A DNA stretch of 63,947 nucleotides, counting the filler, from Perkinsus chesapeaki ATCC PRA-425 (Eukaryota; Protista; Perkinsozoa), in NCBI GenBank assembly GCA_013115145.1. It is 17 parts of 17 records of this genome, joined end to end, with 100 filler letters (N's around TTAATTAATTAA, not from the genome) between each part and the next. Parts side by side here need not be neighbours in the genome. Positions count along the whole stretch, not along the records: positions 1 to 17,334 come from JAAPAO010000684.1; positions 17,435 to 24,792 come from JAAPAO010001035.1; 15 more parts are not named here. One strand, written 5' to 3'. This document shows positions 10,769 through 22,041 of the stretch, piece by piece. The position numbers and the translations under genes are program-made. How positions within the stretch are numbered: position 1 is the first letter of the stretch; each line of letters starts with the position of its first letter. Below the pieces are notes generated by a model that saw nothing but the letters and a program-made list of their open reading frames with translations, did no database searches and was not told the DNA's origin.

Positions 10769-12680
10769 GTGGTTAGGCACTCCGTGGACTCCACGGCGTG
10801 GAGGTCTAACACAACCTCGGGGGAGGTAAGGCACTCAAAAAGGAAATTTCAAATGCAAATTGTTCATCAATATACCAAGCTTACACCTTCGTCTTCCACG
10901 ACGTCGTGGTATGTTGTTGGTGGCGATGGTCGTCGATATCGTCCGATATTTCCTTTCCTTCATTTAAACAGGTACCTCAAGCGTGGTTTCGCTAAAGATT
11001 CTTTTGCACAAGCTCTCATAAGTACCTTGGTCTTGAAAACTCGATGTTACGAGTATGTTACTCTTGATGATCTACGTGATGCATATATGCATTTATGGAT
11101 CCTGCCAAGCAACTGGGAGTTCTTTGTCGTTAACCCTGACCCATTGGACAGCAAGTCTGAAGTCTATGCATTCCATTGCTTACCATATGGTCCGAGTCAT
11201 TGTCCACGAGTAATGAAATAACACTCCAATGGTTGATAAAAACCCACATGAAGTTTTCCCGTGGTTTTGAATTGTGGTCATATATGGATGACCTATTTTT
11301 GTATGCTCATACGAGTGACACATCCCAAGCAGATAGACTACGAGAACTTTGTGGAAAGTATGATCTGCATCTGAAGCCGGCTAAGCGACAACGTCTCACT
11401 ATGAATGATGCTCGGGCTCTAGGTTTGCTATTCCTCAAAGATGGTGACTACATTGCCCTTCCACCTGAGGAACTTCCACCCCCGACGAGTCGTCGGCGAC
11501 GACCCTCTCAGTAATTAAGCCGACTTTCGTATGCAAGTAGTGAACTGCGACTCTCTCTTGACTTGTGTACATCAGATGCCGTTTGAGCTTGGTATTAACC
11601 ACAGCTTGGCAATAGCTATGCTACAGCGGTATAGGCTTACCAAGGAGTGGCCGAGGCCCCCTGCATGTACACCTACCGTTCTGCGGTACCCTAATGTATC
11701 CAAGACCGACATTTCCATGAACCTTGTTTCTTGACGTGTTCCTGAAGAGATCTCTCTCGGTGTTCTGGCATGTTGATCAACTGCTTTTCGTTCTAATGAT
11801 TGCATGGAGATGCCTCTTGAAGGCTCGGCAGGGAAGAGGCCTCTCGCCACTCGCTGGCTCCTTCTTGGACAACACTCTGAATGATATACTTCGTACCGAT
11901 ACTCCACCGCATACACTTTTGCTTCTGGATGGTGTGAGGTAATTAACTCGGTCTCTCTGTTATAGTAATTGGCTCTTTTGGAAGTTACACAGGTAACGTT
12001 GGCAATATCTTGGCCAACGCTGGCAAGCTTGGATGTTCCGCAGTGTTAGTTGATGACTCTCGAGGCGCCCAACGATACTCAAGGTGATTACTCTGTACGG
12101 TTAAATTCGCACGCTGCTTGTTTAGGTTAGAGACTTTGCGTTGTCGGCTCTGTGCCCATCTAATCTGGTACGTCGTGGTGGCATACCTCTTCTACTTAAC
12201 GTTGATTGTGCAAGTACAATGCGTTACCTGAGAGAGGAGTACGATTACTGTGTTGTTGTTATGGAGAACAAGGAGGTCGCCATGGAACATCATGTGAGTC
12301 TAGATCAGTCTCCTTTGGCTCATGCCACCAGCGTATCTTTTTGAACGCTATCCACGAGGAGCGCTGGCTTACCTTCGGCAAGTAAGACAGTTCCTGGCAG
12401 TTACCGTTTGTCGACCTTAGCTGTGAGGCAGCTGTCCAAGACGTTCTTTCTTCTAGTCGGCTTTTACTAGTTGGTGGAGGGGAACTTGAAGGCGTTGGTC
12501 CTTCCATTCCACCGGCAGCGAGTGTGATACTAAGCGTAGGTTAAGACAGTTTCACAGCGGGTGAGGTGTCGTTTCAGATCCCCACAGTGTTCGACCACCA
12601 CCACAGTTACAACGTATGCAGTGCTATGACTCTGGCCATGTTTGAGCGTTACCGATTATCTTTATTGAAAGCCGAGCGGG
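10769..12680 (+). mobile_element. Degraded retrotransposon, DIRS/Ngaro-like (RT plus possible tyrosine recombinase remnant)
   Basis: RT motifs TLDDLRDAYMHLWI, FHCLPYGPSHCPRV, WSYMDDLFLY split over two frames (10769-11514); downstream FRSHSVR (~12572) and TLAMFERYR (~12630) resemble YR HSxR and W.S..F.RY boxes. Confidence 0.55.
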
Positions 12681-13101
12681 TGCAAGCTGGATTAAAGGAG
12701 TATGACATTGTTTCTGATGGCCAAATTCAGTTTTCTGTTTTCTGACTGGCGACAACTTGTGTTGCCTCTTTAAAGACCACGCTAGCGTCCGCGTTCATTG
12801 GATTTCAGCTCCTATGCCACTTGTTTCACGGTTAGCATGTTCTCGGAATTCCGAAAAAACCATCTCGACTGGTGAGTTCGTATCCATCTTCGATCAAGCC
12901 CGCCATTCACTGGCTATCGGAGAAGCCCCACCGCCTCAAATTCAGCTTGGCCGGGATGACGCTGCCCTTCGAATTCCCGAATGATCACCGTGACCACGTT
13001 TCAGATGTGTTTCTTGCTTATCGTAGTGGCGTTCCAGAGAGGCTGAAGTCTAACATCGCTCTGGCGAGTTGTACGTCTTTAGTTTGTCTGGTATCTCCTG
13101 T

Positions 13102-14344
13102 ATGCCCACCTCTCAATCGAGCAGCTCCACTGAGCCTAAGTCCAAGAGGCGGCGGAAAGCTCCTCGAGGTATCGACTGGTCGACGGCCAAGACGGGCCGC
13201 TACCTCATAAAGTTCGCTTACGTCGGGACAAAGTGAGCCCGAGTAGAAAATGCGACATAATCATTATTTTGCTCTCTCAGATATGCTGGAGTAGCTTGGC
13301 AGAACCAGGAAGAGTTTGGTGTCAACACAGTTGAGAATGAGCTCTTCAAAGGCCTCGTTAAGACTTGCTTAATTGAGTCTCGTGCATCCTGCGATTTCTC
13401 TCGCTGTGGGAGAACTGACAAAGGAGTCCACGCGCGGGGAAACTATGCAACGTTGCGACTTCGGCTCAAACCTGATGGTAAGGCAACCTGATTGGAACTC
13501 CGCATGCCTCGTCTGCACCACTAGGGAGTTCACCTATTGGTCCTCTTTCCTCACTGTATAACTTTTCGTCGTGTGGTGGTCAGGTAAGGAGTTCCCTTAC
13601 ATCCAAATGATGAACCGCGTTCTACCGGATGACATTCGAGTGCTGCGGATCTATCCTGTCCCCAATGACGATTTCGATGCACGATTCAGCTGTAGAAGTC
13701 GAACGTATAAATATTTCTTCTCGTCGGTCGGCCTGAACCTCGATGTCATGGCTCATGCTGCGAAGAGGCTTGTGGGAGCTCATGATTATCGTAACTTTTG
13801 CCGCATGGACGTTGAACAAACTATCAACTTTGAGAGGACGATATACTCCTTCGAGTTTGCCGCTGGTGACGTCATCTCCCATGCGATTATCAACGGTAGT
13901 GCATTTCTATGGCATCAAGTTAGATGTATGATGGAGATACTGATGCTCATTGGCAGGGGTCTTGAACAGCCTGACGTTATCGACACTCTACTAGACGTCG
14001 AGAAGACTCCAGGCAAACCAAATTATGACCTTGCGGATGGGGCCGGCTTGGTTCTTTTCGATTGCAAGTACGATGAAGAGTGGCTCGATCAGGATGGCCA
14101 GGAAGACCGCGATGCTTTGGCACTGTTTTCCCGGGCAGTGGTAGCGGCTCAGCGAGACTTGGCGGTTCTGCAGTGTCTGGCTGGAGATACAACTGAATCA
14201 GGAGAGGGTCCTCGAAAATACGTACCGATAATGCAGCGGGCCAAGGGTCCGACGCTCGAGGAACGGGTTGCAGTTGCCGAGTTGAGAAATGCCCGGAAGG
14301 ATGTATCGACCACTGAAAGCGTTCCATCCAGTGCCACTGAATAG
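13102..14344 (+). CDS. PUS3: tRNA pseudouridine(38/39) synthase, TruA/PUS3 family, two introns
   Basis: YLIKFAYVGTK|YAGVAWQ..TVENELFKGL..FSRCGRTDKGVHA (catalytic Asp)|LPDDIRVL..RFSCRSRTYKYFF..HDYRNFC..GSAFLWHQVRCMM; GT-AG introns near 13233 and 13478. Confidence 0.9.
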
Positions 14345-14496
14345 CACACGTTTCTTCGTTATAGTTGCTCTGTGCTGTCACTTTGCCATAGAGATTAGCA
14401 TCGTTACGGAAATTTGGCAGAACGCTGGACTGTTAGGAGATAAATCAAGTTTGGTGACAGAAATGTATCAATACTGGAGTAGTTGTAAACTGTTTA

Positions 14497-17334
14497 ATGA
14501 CTATCGGCATATCGACATCGCTGGAGTCGAACTTAGTCGGGCAGGATGTCCTTGTCCTGTGCGACACCGGAGAAGACGAGCCTTCTCCCTTCTCCTCCTT
14601 CATCCATGGAAGGGTCACAAGCCTTCGCATAGCTCCAAATATGCGAGATACTGAGGCAGTGGTACTTGTTCACGGCGGTGGTCCAGACAACATTATCATC
14701 CGCCCGGCGAATAAGCTGTACCCGCTCCAGGCATCAAGCCTTGCATTGGAACACTCAGATGTCTCATACTGTATTCGAGAGGCTGGTCTCCCTTTACATA
14801 GAGGCACCATAACAGCCACAGTCCAAGCTAGGTTACCGAGGATTTGCACAGCCGATGTCCCTCCGAAAATGAGGGTAAGCTTAGTCTCGGCTCGCAGCCC
14901 TCTCGGGGAAGTACTAGGTGACCAATCTGGTACCATCGGCCATCGACATAAAGTGGAGCAAGTCGATCTCGAAAGTTCCGCCCATGTTGTATGGATCATC
15001 GGTGAAGGCAGTTTAGCTTCTACATGGAATGCTGTTGCTAAAGCCTCATCTGGAGAACCAGATGCGAAGTTGAGGGCCGCTTGCCTCCTCTGTTCCTTGA
15101 TTGCCACTGACTGTGAAGGCCGATGCCATGCTGCGCTGTTCCTTAACGGTAGCTATTCCTTGGAAGCTTTCCCATTGTCATCTGGTCCAAACGAGGCTTA
15201 TTCAAGTGTCCTATTAGCTCATGCCTACTCTTATCTTATCGAGTTCGTTCAGCAGTCGTCTCAGCAGCAACATCCCACAAATTCTGCTTTTATGGAGACG
15301 TTGAGCTTCTTAGCTGAAACACGACTATCTTGGCCGATTATACAAGATGCAAAAAAGCTGCGCGATTTGGGCAAGTCTCTTGCATGCCTCAGCATCGACC
15401 TGGATGGATTCATGCGCATCTGTTGTGCGCTGATGCTCTTGGTTCAAAGCTCCTCCTTGGCTTTGTCACCCTGTCTTCGTCCTGATATTCTTATCTGCTC
15501 TCTTCTGGGGATACCTGGCCCACTGGATAAGAATGATCGCTCCATCGACTTTGTTTATGTCATCCAAAGGGGTCTCTTGTGCTGGGCTGCCGGCTTGGAA
15601 GTATCCAAAGAGAATGGTGATGGTACCATCATTTTGGGCACTCCCCGTGGTCGTCAGGACAGCTACGGTAATTATGGCCAACTACTAGTGACTCGCGAAG
15701 TACTGCGAATAGCTCGCTGTAATCGCGCTGCTGGGTACATTGATGAGCTCTTCCGTAAGGCTTGTGAATACCTCAGGCTCCCGAGTAATGGCGAAACCCG
15801 AGTTCTGAAGATGCTGAAGAACTCAAGGGTGAGACTTGTGAGGGATGTTTGCGAAGCCGCTATGGACGAGCAAGTTGGACGAGACTGGTTGGATGCTGCC
15901 AAAGAGAGCGTTGATAGTGTCAGAGAGTCTGGGATCGGAGCTCATATTATAATAGTTCTGAGAGAAGACAGAGATCCTCTCAAGCTGGCTGAACAGCTTT
16001 GGCTCTTTTCGACCATTACAGCCACCAGAGTGAATCCAATGATGAAGCCCTTCCACGTTGATCTGGATGAGGCACGGGACCGCCTTGCTTTGCAATCAAC
16101 CGATGAGAGCGCTATACTGGAGGAGATAAGCACTCGTATTGGAGTACCTCCTGGAGGAATCGATATCCGCAAGGGAGCTCTGCGCATCGGTGTAGGAGTG
16201 ATTGGACACTTGTTAAAGCACGAAGCTGCCTTGAAAAAGCCGAAACTCAAACAGGACCGATGCGAACGCGCACTGAAATCGTGCATGTCCCGCATTTATA
16301 CGAAGAAGGCCATCGAAAAAGTGGTGATAATCCAGTCATTGTATCGCAGCTGGTATGAGAGAAAAGAAAGCCTCGAGAGAGTCCCAAAAGCATTCGACTG
16401 CTTGTTGGGAACGTTTTGTCTGTTGCGCCGCGTTAGCGAATTCTCGGATCGACATGCTGCTATCGTTCGCATACAAAGGGTTTGGCGTCAAAAGCGGACC
16501 CGAATGAAGTATGCGGGATACATACGGCAGCTCAGGCAGATACAAGCCGCGGTGGTCATTCAGTCATTCTACAGGAAGTACGCAGCCATGAGAATCGTTG
16601 AGGAGCTTAGATCGGGACAAGCGAGGAAATATGCGGTGGAAGTCATCCAAAGTTGCATGAAGCGCCATCTGGCACGCTTGTTGTTATTGAACAAGGCATA
16701 TGAGCTGCGAGCCGAAAGGGCGGCCATAGTAATCCAGGCGTATTGGCGGGGGCTTGTTATCAGACGCTGGTGGGGGAAGGTCCGAGGAGGGCTGCCCTGG
16801 CTGGCCCTGATAATAAAGGCAAAGCTGATGGCCATGCAGGAGGCACAGGTGCGTTTGTCTGCGTGGTGGAGAGGTATCTCGACCCGGCTCATTCGACCTG
16901 GAAAAGGAAAGCGGGTCTTCAAGTTCCTGTTGGCCGCCAGAAGAGATATATGGAAAGAAGTAGCACGCCATAGAGCGGCTCGAAGAATCCAAGCGCGATG
17001 GAGAAGCTACAGACTTTCGCGACAACTCCGTGATCTGAGTAGAGCCTCACGACAAATTCAGACTGCTATACGAACAGCGTCGTGGAGGCGTTGGTGGGTC
17101 TCTGTCAAGCGAGCAGTTATCCGCCTCCAGCGAAACTTCCGCTCGCGAGCTCAACTGGCGGAAATGGAAGGACAGCTTCGTGCTAATGAATGGTCCGTGA
17201 GAAGCATCAATCACCGGGTGGACCCTATCGTACTTGGGCGTGATATATGTGTTATTCACGAGCCAGAAAATGCCGAAGAGACTCTGAGGCATGCCTTCGG
17301 AAGCCAGGAATTAAATCGTGGATGTGATATCCAT
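14497..17334 (+). CDS. Myosin-like protein with degenerate head and about 9 IQ motifs; 3' end lost at gap
   Basis: Intronless 946+ codons; SH3-like N-terminus, VWIIGEGSLAST at the P-loop position, AHIIIVLRED..KLAEQL..TRVNPMMKPF..DRL at the PHFVRCIKPN..EQLR..GYP..RY position, then IQ repeats (IQSLYRSW, IQRVWRQK, IQSFYRKY, IQSCMKRH, IQAYWRGL, LSAWWRGI, IQARWRSY, IQTAIRTA, LQRNFRSR). Confidence 0.72.
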
Positions 17335-17434
17335 NNNNNNNNNNNNNNNNNNNNNNNNNNNNNNNNNNNNNNNNNNNNTTAATTAATTAANNNNNNNNNN
17401 NNNNNNNNNNNNNNNNNNNNNNNNNNNNNNNNNN
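17335..17434. other. Artificial contig-joining linker (N-run + TTAATTAATTAA + N-run); recurs near 24793, 26751, 27911, 36147, 37380, 43419, 44762, 45967, 47703, 49328, 51834, 57834, 59456, 61132, 62500
   Basis: Same ~100-nt spacer with stops in all six frames, 16 times. Confidence 0.98.
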
Positions 17435-17724
17435 GGGAATGACTAAACCATTTAAATGGTATTGGGAATGACTAAACCATTTAAATGGTATTGGGAATGA
17501 CTAAACCATTTAAATGGTATTGGGAATGACTAAACCTTTTAAATGGTATTGGGAATGACTAAACCGCTTAAATGGTATTGGGAATGACTAAACCGTTTAA
17601 ATGATATTGGGAATGACTAAACCGTTTAAATGGTATTGGGAATGACTAAACCTTTTAAATGATATTGGGAATGACTAAACCGTTTAAATGATATTGGGAA
17701 TAACTAAACCGTTTAAATGGTATT
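17435..17724. repeat. 29-bp tandem repeat, 10 copies (GGGAATGACTAAACCATTTAAATGGTATT)
   Basis: Units start at 17435+29n; few substitutions; no spacers; begins at the contig edge. Confidence 0.97.
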
Positions 17725-19500
17725 CAACTGTATGTGTTACTTTTCGTATCCAAGTTGTATAATAAACTGCCACTACACGGTAATATTATAGTGTATTTTG
17801 TAGGTTGGATGATTTCTCTGGCAAGCATACAATATTCATGGACTCGGATGATGAGGGTGACAAAGTAGTAGAGGGGCAGCAATTCGACTACTTCCCAATC
17901 ATACCCACGAATATCTTTGGGAAGTAGGTTAAGATCGATCCCGATTCTCGCAGTTTTCCCGTCCGTCATATGTCTTGAAGTTCTCTATGTGTGAAAATTG
18001 TACTATTTGGCAATGAGCGACTCGAGAGCTGCTCGAGGAGTGTAATGGGCTTTGGTTTCATGTTGAGAGGTGTCGTGGCCGGGTGACCTGATAAGTTGGT
18101 TCAATACCGCTATCTTAAAAGTCTGATTTCGAGCTTGCTAGTTGTTATTAAAAAGTCGGATGGAATCTTACTGTGAGGACTGGTGGCGTACGGAGTGCAC
18201 TATGCCTGGCTGACTTGTGCAATTCTGTCCCTTAGTTCGATCCAGCAGTATATTTCAATACCGATGAGAGCCTGCTTGGCCGGGTTAGCAATAGGCCTAC
18301 TAAGGAACAGCTAGCCAGTGGAGGTAATGATATTTGGGAAGGTGGAAATGACTTCGATATGGTTAGTTATACCAGAGGCTTCGACGGGTGTGCAACGTGA
18401 GGCATCACAACAATATTCAACACTATTGAACTTGCAAAATAGAGCTGATAAGCTGAAGGAAGTTGAGGCTGAATTGGAGCTTCGGAAAGAGGTAAGCGGA
18501 TGGCAATGCTATCCATTGTTATGATAGTCTCTTTTGAAAGGCATCCTAGAGCACTAGCGTGTGTACGGATGGATATTTGGTTGGTTTTATTAAACTTAGT
18601 TGAAATAGAAAAGTAATAGTGACTTGTTGAAGGTTTGAAGATGTTATATATTATATATATAATTATATAGCAACCAAAAGCGATCGTTGAGATACTTAAC
18701 AAATTGGGATGTATTATTCGATGAACTTATTAGCAGTAAAGATTGAATACACGTTGGTAGATCCCTAGAACGTCCTCGGTGAACATAGCCGTGCACTGTT
18801 ATAAAAGCGGAATAATTATATAATATGTTCTCCTTTCTTTGCGCACTAGATCGATATGAATCCTTTTTTGTTTTCAAGTGTTTTCGACCTATCAATATTA
18901 CTAACAATGGGCTTGACAGGTCGATCAAACCTTCACATTAAAAATTTCAAGGTCATCAAAACTTTGACAGCAGCTTCGAGGAGCTAGCAGATCTGGAGAT
19001 GTTGATCTTCTTTTGAAACTGTCATTTTGCCGTTTATCATATTGAAGAGGGTGACGTGAATCATGCAGGCGGGAGTGTGAGGATAGACTTTGTCGCAATG
19101 ACTTGCCTTTCTGATTCACATCAATGTGAGGGTTGGGTACTTGCTGGTGATAGGTTCGAACGGAAAAGGGTCGCCGAAAGAAGATGGTGAATTCTGATGG
19201 TAAAGTGGTGTATAAGTTCCGACAGGAGCGCAAGCGGTAGCCCAATAGCCCGTCTATCATCATCATCACCGCTGCTGTTGCCTTGTTGTTGCCCCCGTTA
19301 TATTGTTAAATACGCCTAACGTTACTTCTCTTGGAAGCATAGTGGTGTGCGGCGTTGGAGTTTTAAATGGGGTTTAGGGTTATGGGCTCATTGAAGATAA
19401 ATGGTGAGGGGAGATCGGATTGGGGATTTTTTGAATGTGAAATGAATGTGGCGATCGATGAGCTCAGCGGATCTTTAGCTAAGGTAAGGTACGTACTCTA

Positions 19501-19705
19501 ACCTACTCTGTATCTTACCAGCTTCAAGCCTGGCCTCTATCTTCACTAGTTAGATTAGCTATGTCCCATGATATGGTATGCATTCTAACCTATTTTGTAT
19601 CTTACCAGCTCTTCAAACCTGGCCTCGAACTTCACCAGCTAGATTAGCGAAGTCTCATGATATGGTATGCATTTTAACCTACTTTGTATCTTACCAGCTT
19701 CAAGC
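19501..19705. repeat. Degenerate ~87-bp tandem repeat, about 2.3 copies
   Basis: AACCTAYTYTGTATCTTACCAGC recurs at ~19501, ~19587 and ~19677; ATGATATGGTATGCATT occurs twice. Confidence 0.85.
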
Positions 19706-20340
19706 TTGGAACCCTTGATAAATTCCTTCTGCGATATATACGTGAAACATCTCTTTTATGTGCATACTGTATAAGATTCCTTCCCAAGGTGCTCGTGTAT
19801 CACTTCCAAGATGCCCCGAAAGGCAGGCGACACGTGAGCATTAATAAGCCATTAGAAGGCGAGGAGAGAACACAATTGAGGTGTCCCATGGCCAAGAGAA
19901 TGTCCCCAAGTGAAGAGGTGCAGTCACCGATACCTCTATGGTAACATACCGTCTCGAACTCGGCTCCGATGGGTGGCAAATTTATATGGGGCAAGTGTAG
20001 GATGAAGAATTAAGGGACAGGCTATTCCTGGTCCGACGGTAGATATATCTAGGAGGATGCTGGTGAGTGCCGCTGGAGAGAGCTCACAACGATTCGAGGC
20101 TTATTAAGGGCGGCGCCGTAGAGAAGCCTAACGCACGCGTGCAACTGGGTAGATGACATTGCTAATGGCAAACTGCAGAACTAGGAAGGACAGTGAAAAT
20201 ATAACCATTATCAACTACCACCACTACCGACTAAATCCTAGCACAGCTAAAGTCCAACTAGCCGACATAGTGTAGATACTCTCATCCATACACCTTGTCT
20301 GCTTCGTCGCAATGTACTTTACCTAACTGTCCCTAATAGG

Positions 20341-21826
20341 TCTTAACCCAATACGTGTTGAAACATGTTCCATCAAAAGTCCACCAGTCCAAGTCCCCTC
20401 CTCCACTCCATGTCATCGAGTTGGGTGCTGGTCTGGGTCTAGCTGGGCTGGCATTGGCGGCTATGATACCGCACGGATTGGATATTACCCTTACTGATGG
20501 CGATGACAAGGTGCGTGACTTCTGTCTACTTTGTGTCATTCTGTGCAAATCTCGCTGCGCCCAACTGATCGATTTGGACCGCTCGTTGTGTAGCTTGTTG
20601 TGATGAAGCTAGCTTGGGGTGGAGGGCTCTTTGTAATTTCGTGGCGCAGTGAAAAATGGGTATTTCAGGTCATTCAGACACTAGAGCGCAATGTAAGGAG
20701 GAATAAGCATCTTGTGGAGTGGCCTGCGACCACTACCCTTGCTGTGAAGACTTTTGTGTGGGGTCGCGAGTTCGATCCGCGGTGGCGGCATCTTTTTGAT
20801 CTTATCATTTGCGCTGATGTAGTCTACAGCCGGGAGGCCCATTCCGCGTTGCTCGAGACGATTCGGTACCTCCTTGCCCCCCATGGAGAGTGTTGGCTCT
20901 TCGCGTCCCGCCGAGTCGGCTCGCTGGACGATTTCGTTTCACTGTGTCGCGGCGCCACAGATTTGCTCCGTGTAGAGGTTGTGACGGACTACCTGGATGA
21001 CGATCCTTGCATTTCTAACTTGAAGTCGATGAACTGCTGTCCGGTAATGGTTAGGATAGTTAAGGCCGATCGGCCACAGCAGAATGAAAGCAACATGTTT
21101 GATGAGATCGTTTTAAGGCGGGAAAAGGAAGCACTTGTCGCGGGCTCCAGAGCCAGGCTGCGTCACAAGAGAGCGACACAGTTGAGGGACTTTCTTGCCC
21201 GTCGATCCCGAGCTCGGATGGTGGAGCGTGGAGCCGGTGCTAGCGTCGAGAGTTGTGCTGATAATAAGAAGACCGTTAAAGAGGTCGATGTTGAGAGGCT
21301 TCTGTTTCGACCAATCTCCGTGGCGGGTTCATCGATCACTGTGATGTGGCCTACCCACCTTTCTGGTATGAGTAGAGAAGAGAGCGGTATGAGCAAATGG
21401 CTACTTCAAGAAGATCATCTTACTTCTGAATTCTTCGGCGATAAGAGTGTCCTATTTGCTGGCCCCTTCAGATTTCTCCCCTTCATTCTCGTCCACGCAT
21501 CGGTGGATGCCCGGAAGGTTCACATTCTCCCGAATGCTGTCGAGGAGGCCATCGCTCTCGAGACTGTCTGTCAACAATTTCGTGGCGCAGTGAAGGTGAA
21601 GCTCACAGTTCGGGGGAAGTACGACATCGTTGTGGCCTTCGATGCTGATGCTACTAGTTTTGCCAAGAGCAGCGGTATGCTAATTTTGTGGCGCGGTGAC
21701 GATGGTCCAAGAAGAAAGTCTCCTTTGATGGTTGATTGGTTTAGCATTTACAATGATGGTCCGGTGACTGTGTGCCAAGGGAAGAGGGTGCTGCGACCGC
21801 TGCGCCACAAAATTATCCCTCTATAA
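20341..21826 (+). CDS. METTL21/calmodulin-lysine-MTase-like SAM-dependent methyltransferase with long C-terminal extension; 5' exon(s) unresolved
   Basis: VLTQYVLKH..HVIELGAGLGLAGL..ITLTDGDDK (intron 20511-20668) VIQTLERNV..FVWG..FDLIICADVVYSREAHSALLETIRYLL. Confidence 0.82.
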
Positions 21827-22041
21827 TCATGATGATGAACATGTAGGATTTTCCGGGACCATCCATTCGAGTTTGTGTTTTTTGCCTTTGTCGATTCATT
21901 CGTCTTTTTAGTTTTCATTGTTGTTTTCTCGCAGGGTTCCGTTTCGGCGAGAACCTATTGTATGCAACCAGAAGTTTACGGAGTAATCAGTAGATCCTTC
22001 ACTCGAGCTCGTTGTGCCTATCACACTATATAAGAATAATC

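Noticed and set aside
17435-17724. CRISPR array (29-bp palindromic repeat)
   Set aside because: Units are directly tandem with no unique spacers, no cas genes, eukaryotic context.
18640-19269. Protein kinase remnant (..FNVKV / LIDL..)
   Set aside because: Only a four-residue resemblance across a frame break; no HRD, DFG/DLG or APE motifs.
14497-21826. IQ-rich myosin near a calmodulin-MTase-like gene as a functional cluster
   Set aside because: They are on different contigs separated by the artificial linker at 17335-17434; no adjacency across any linker can be trusted.
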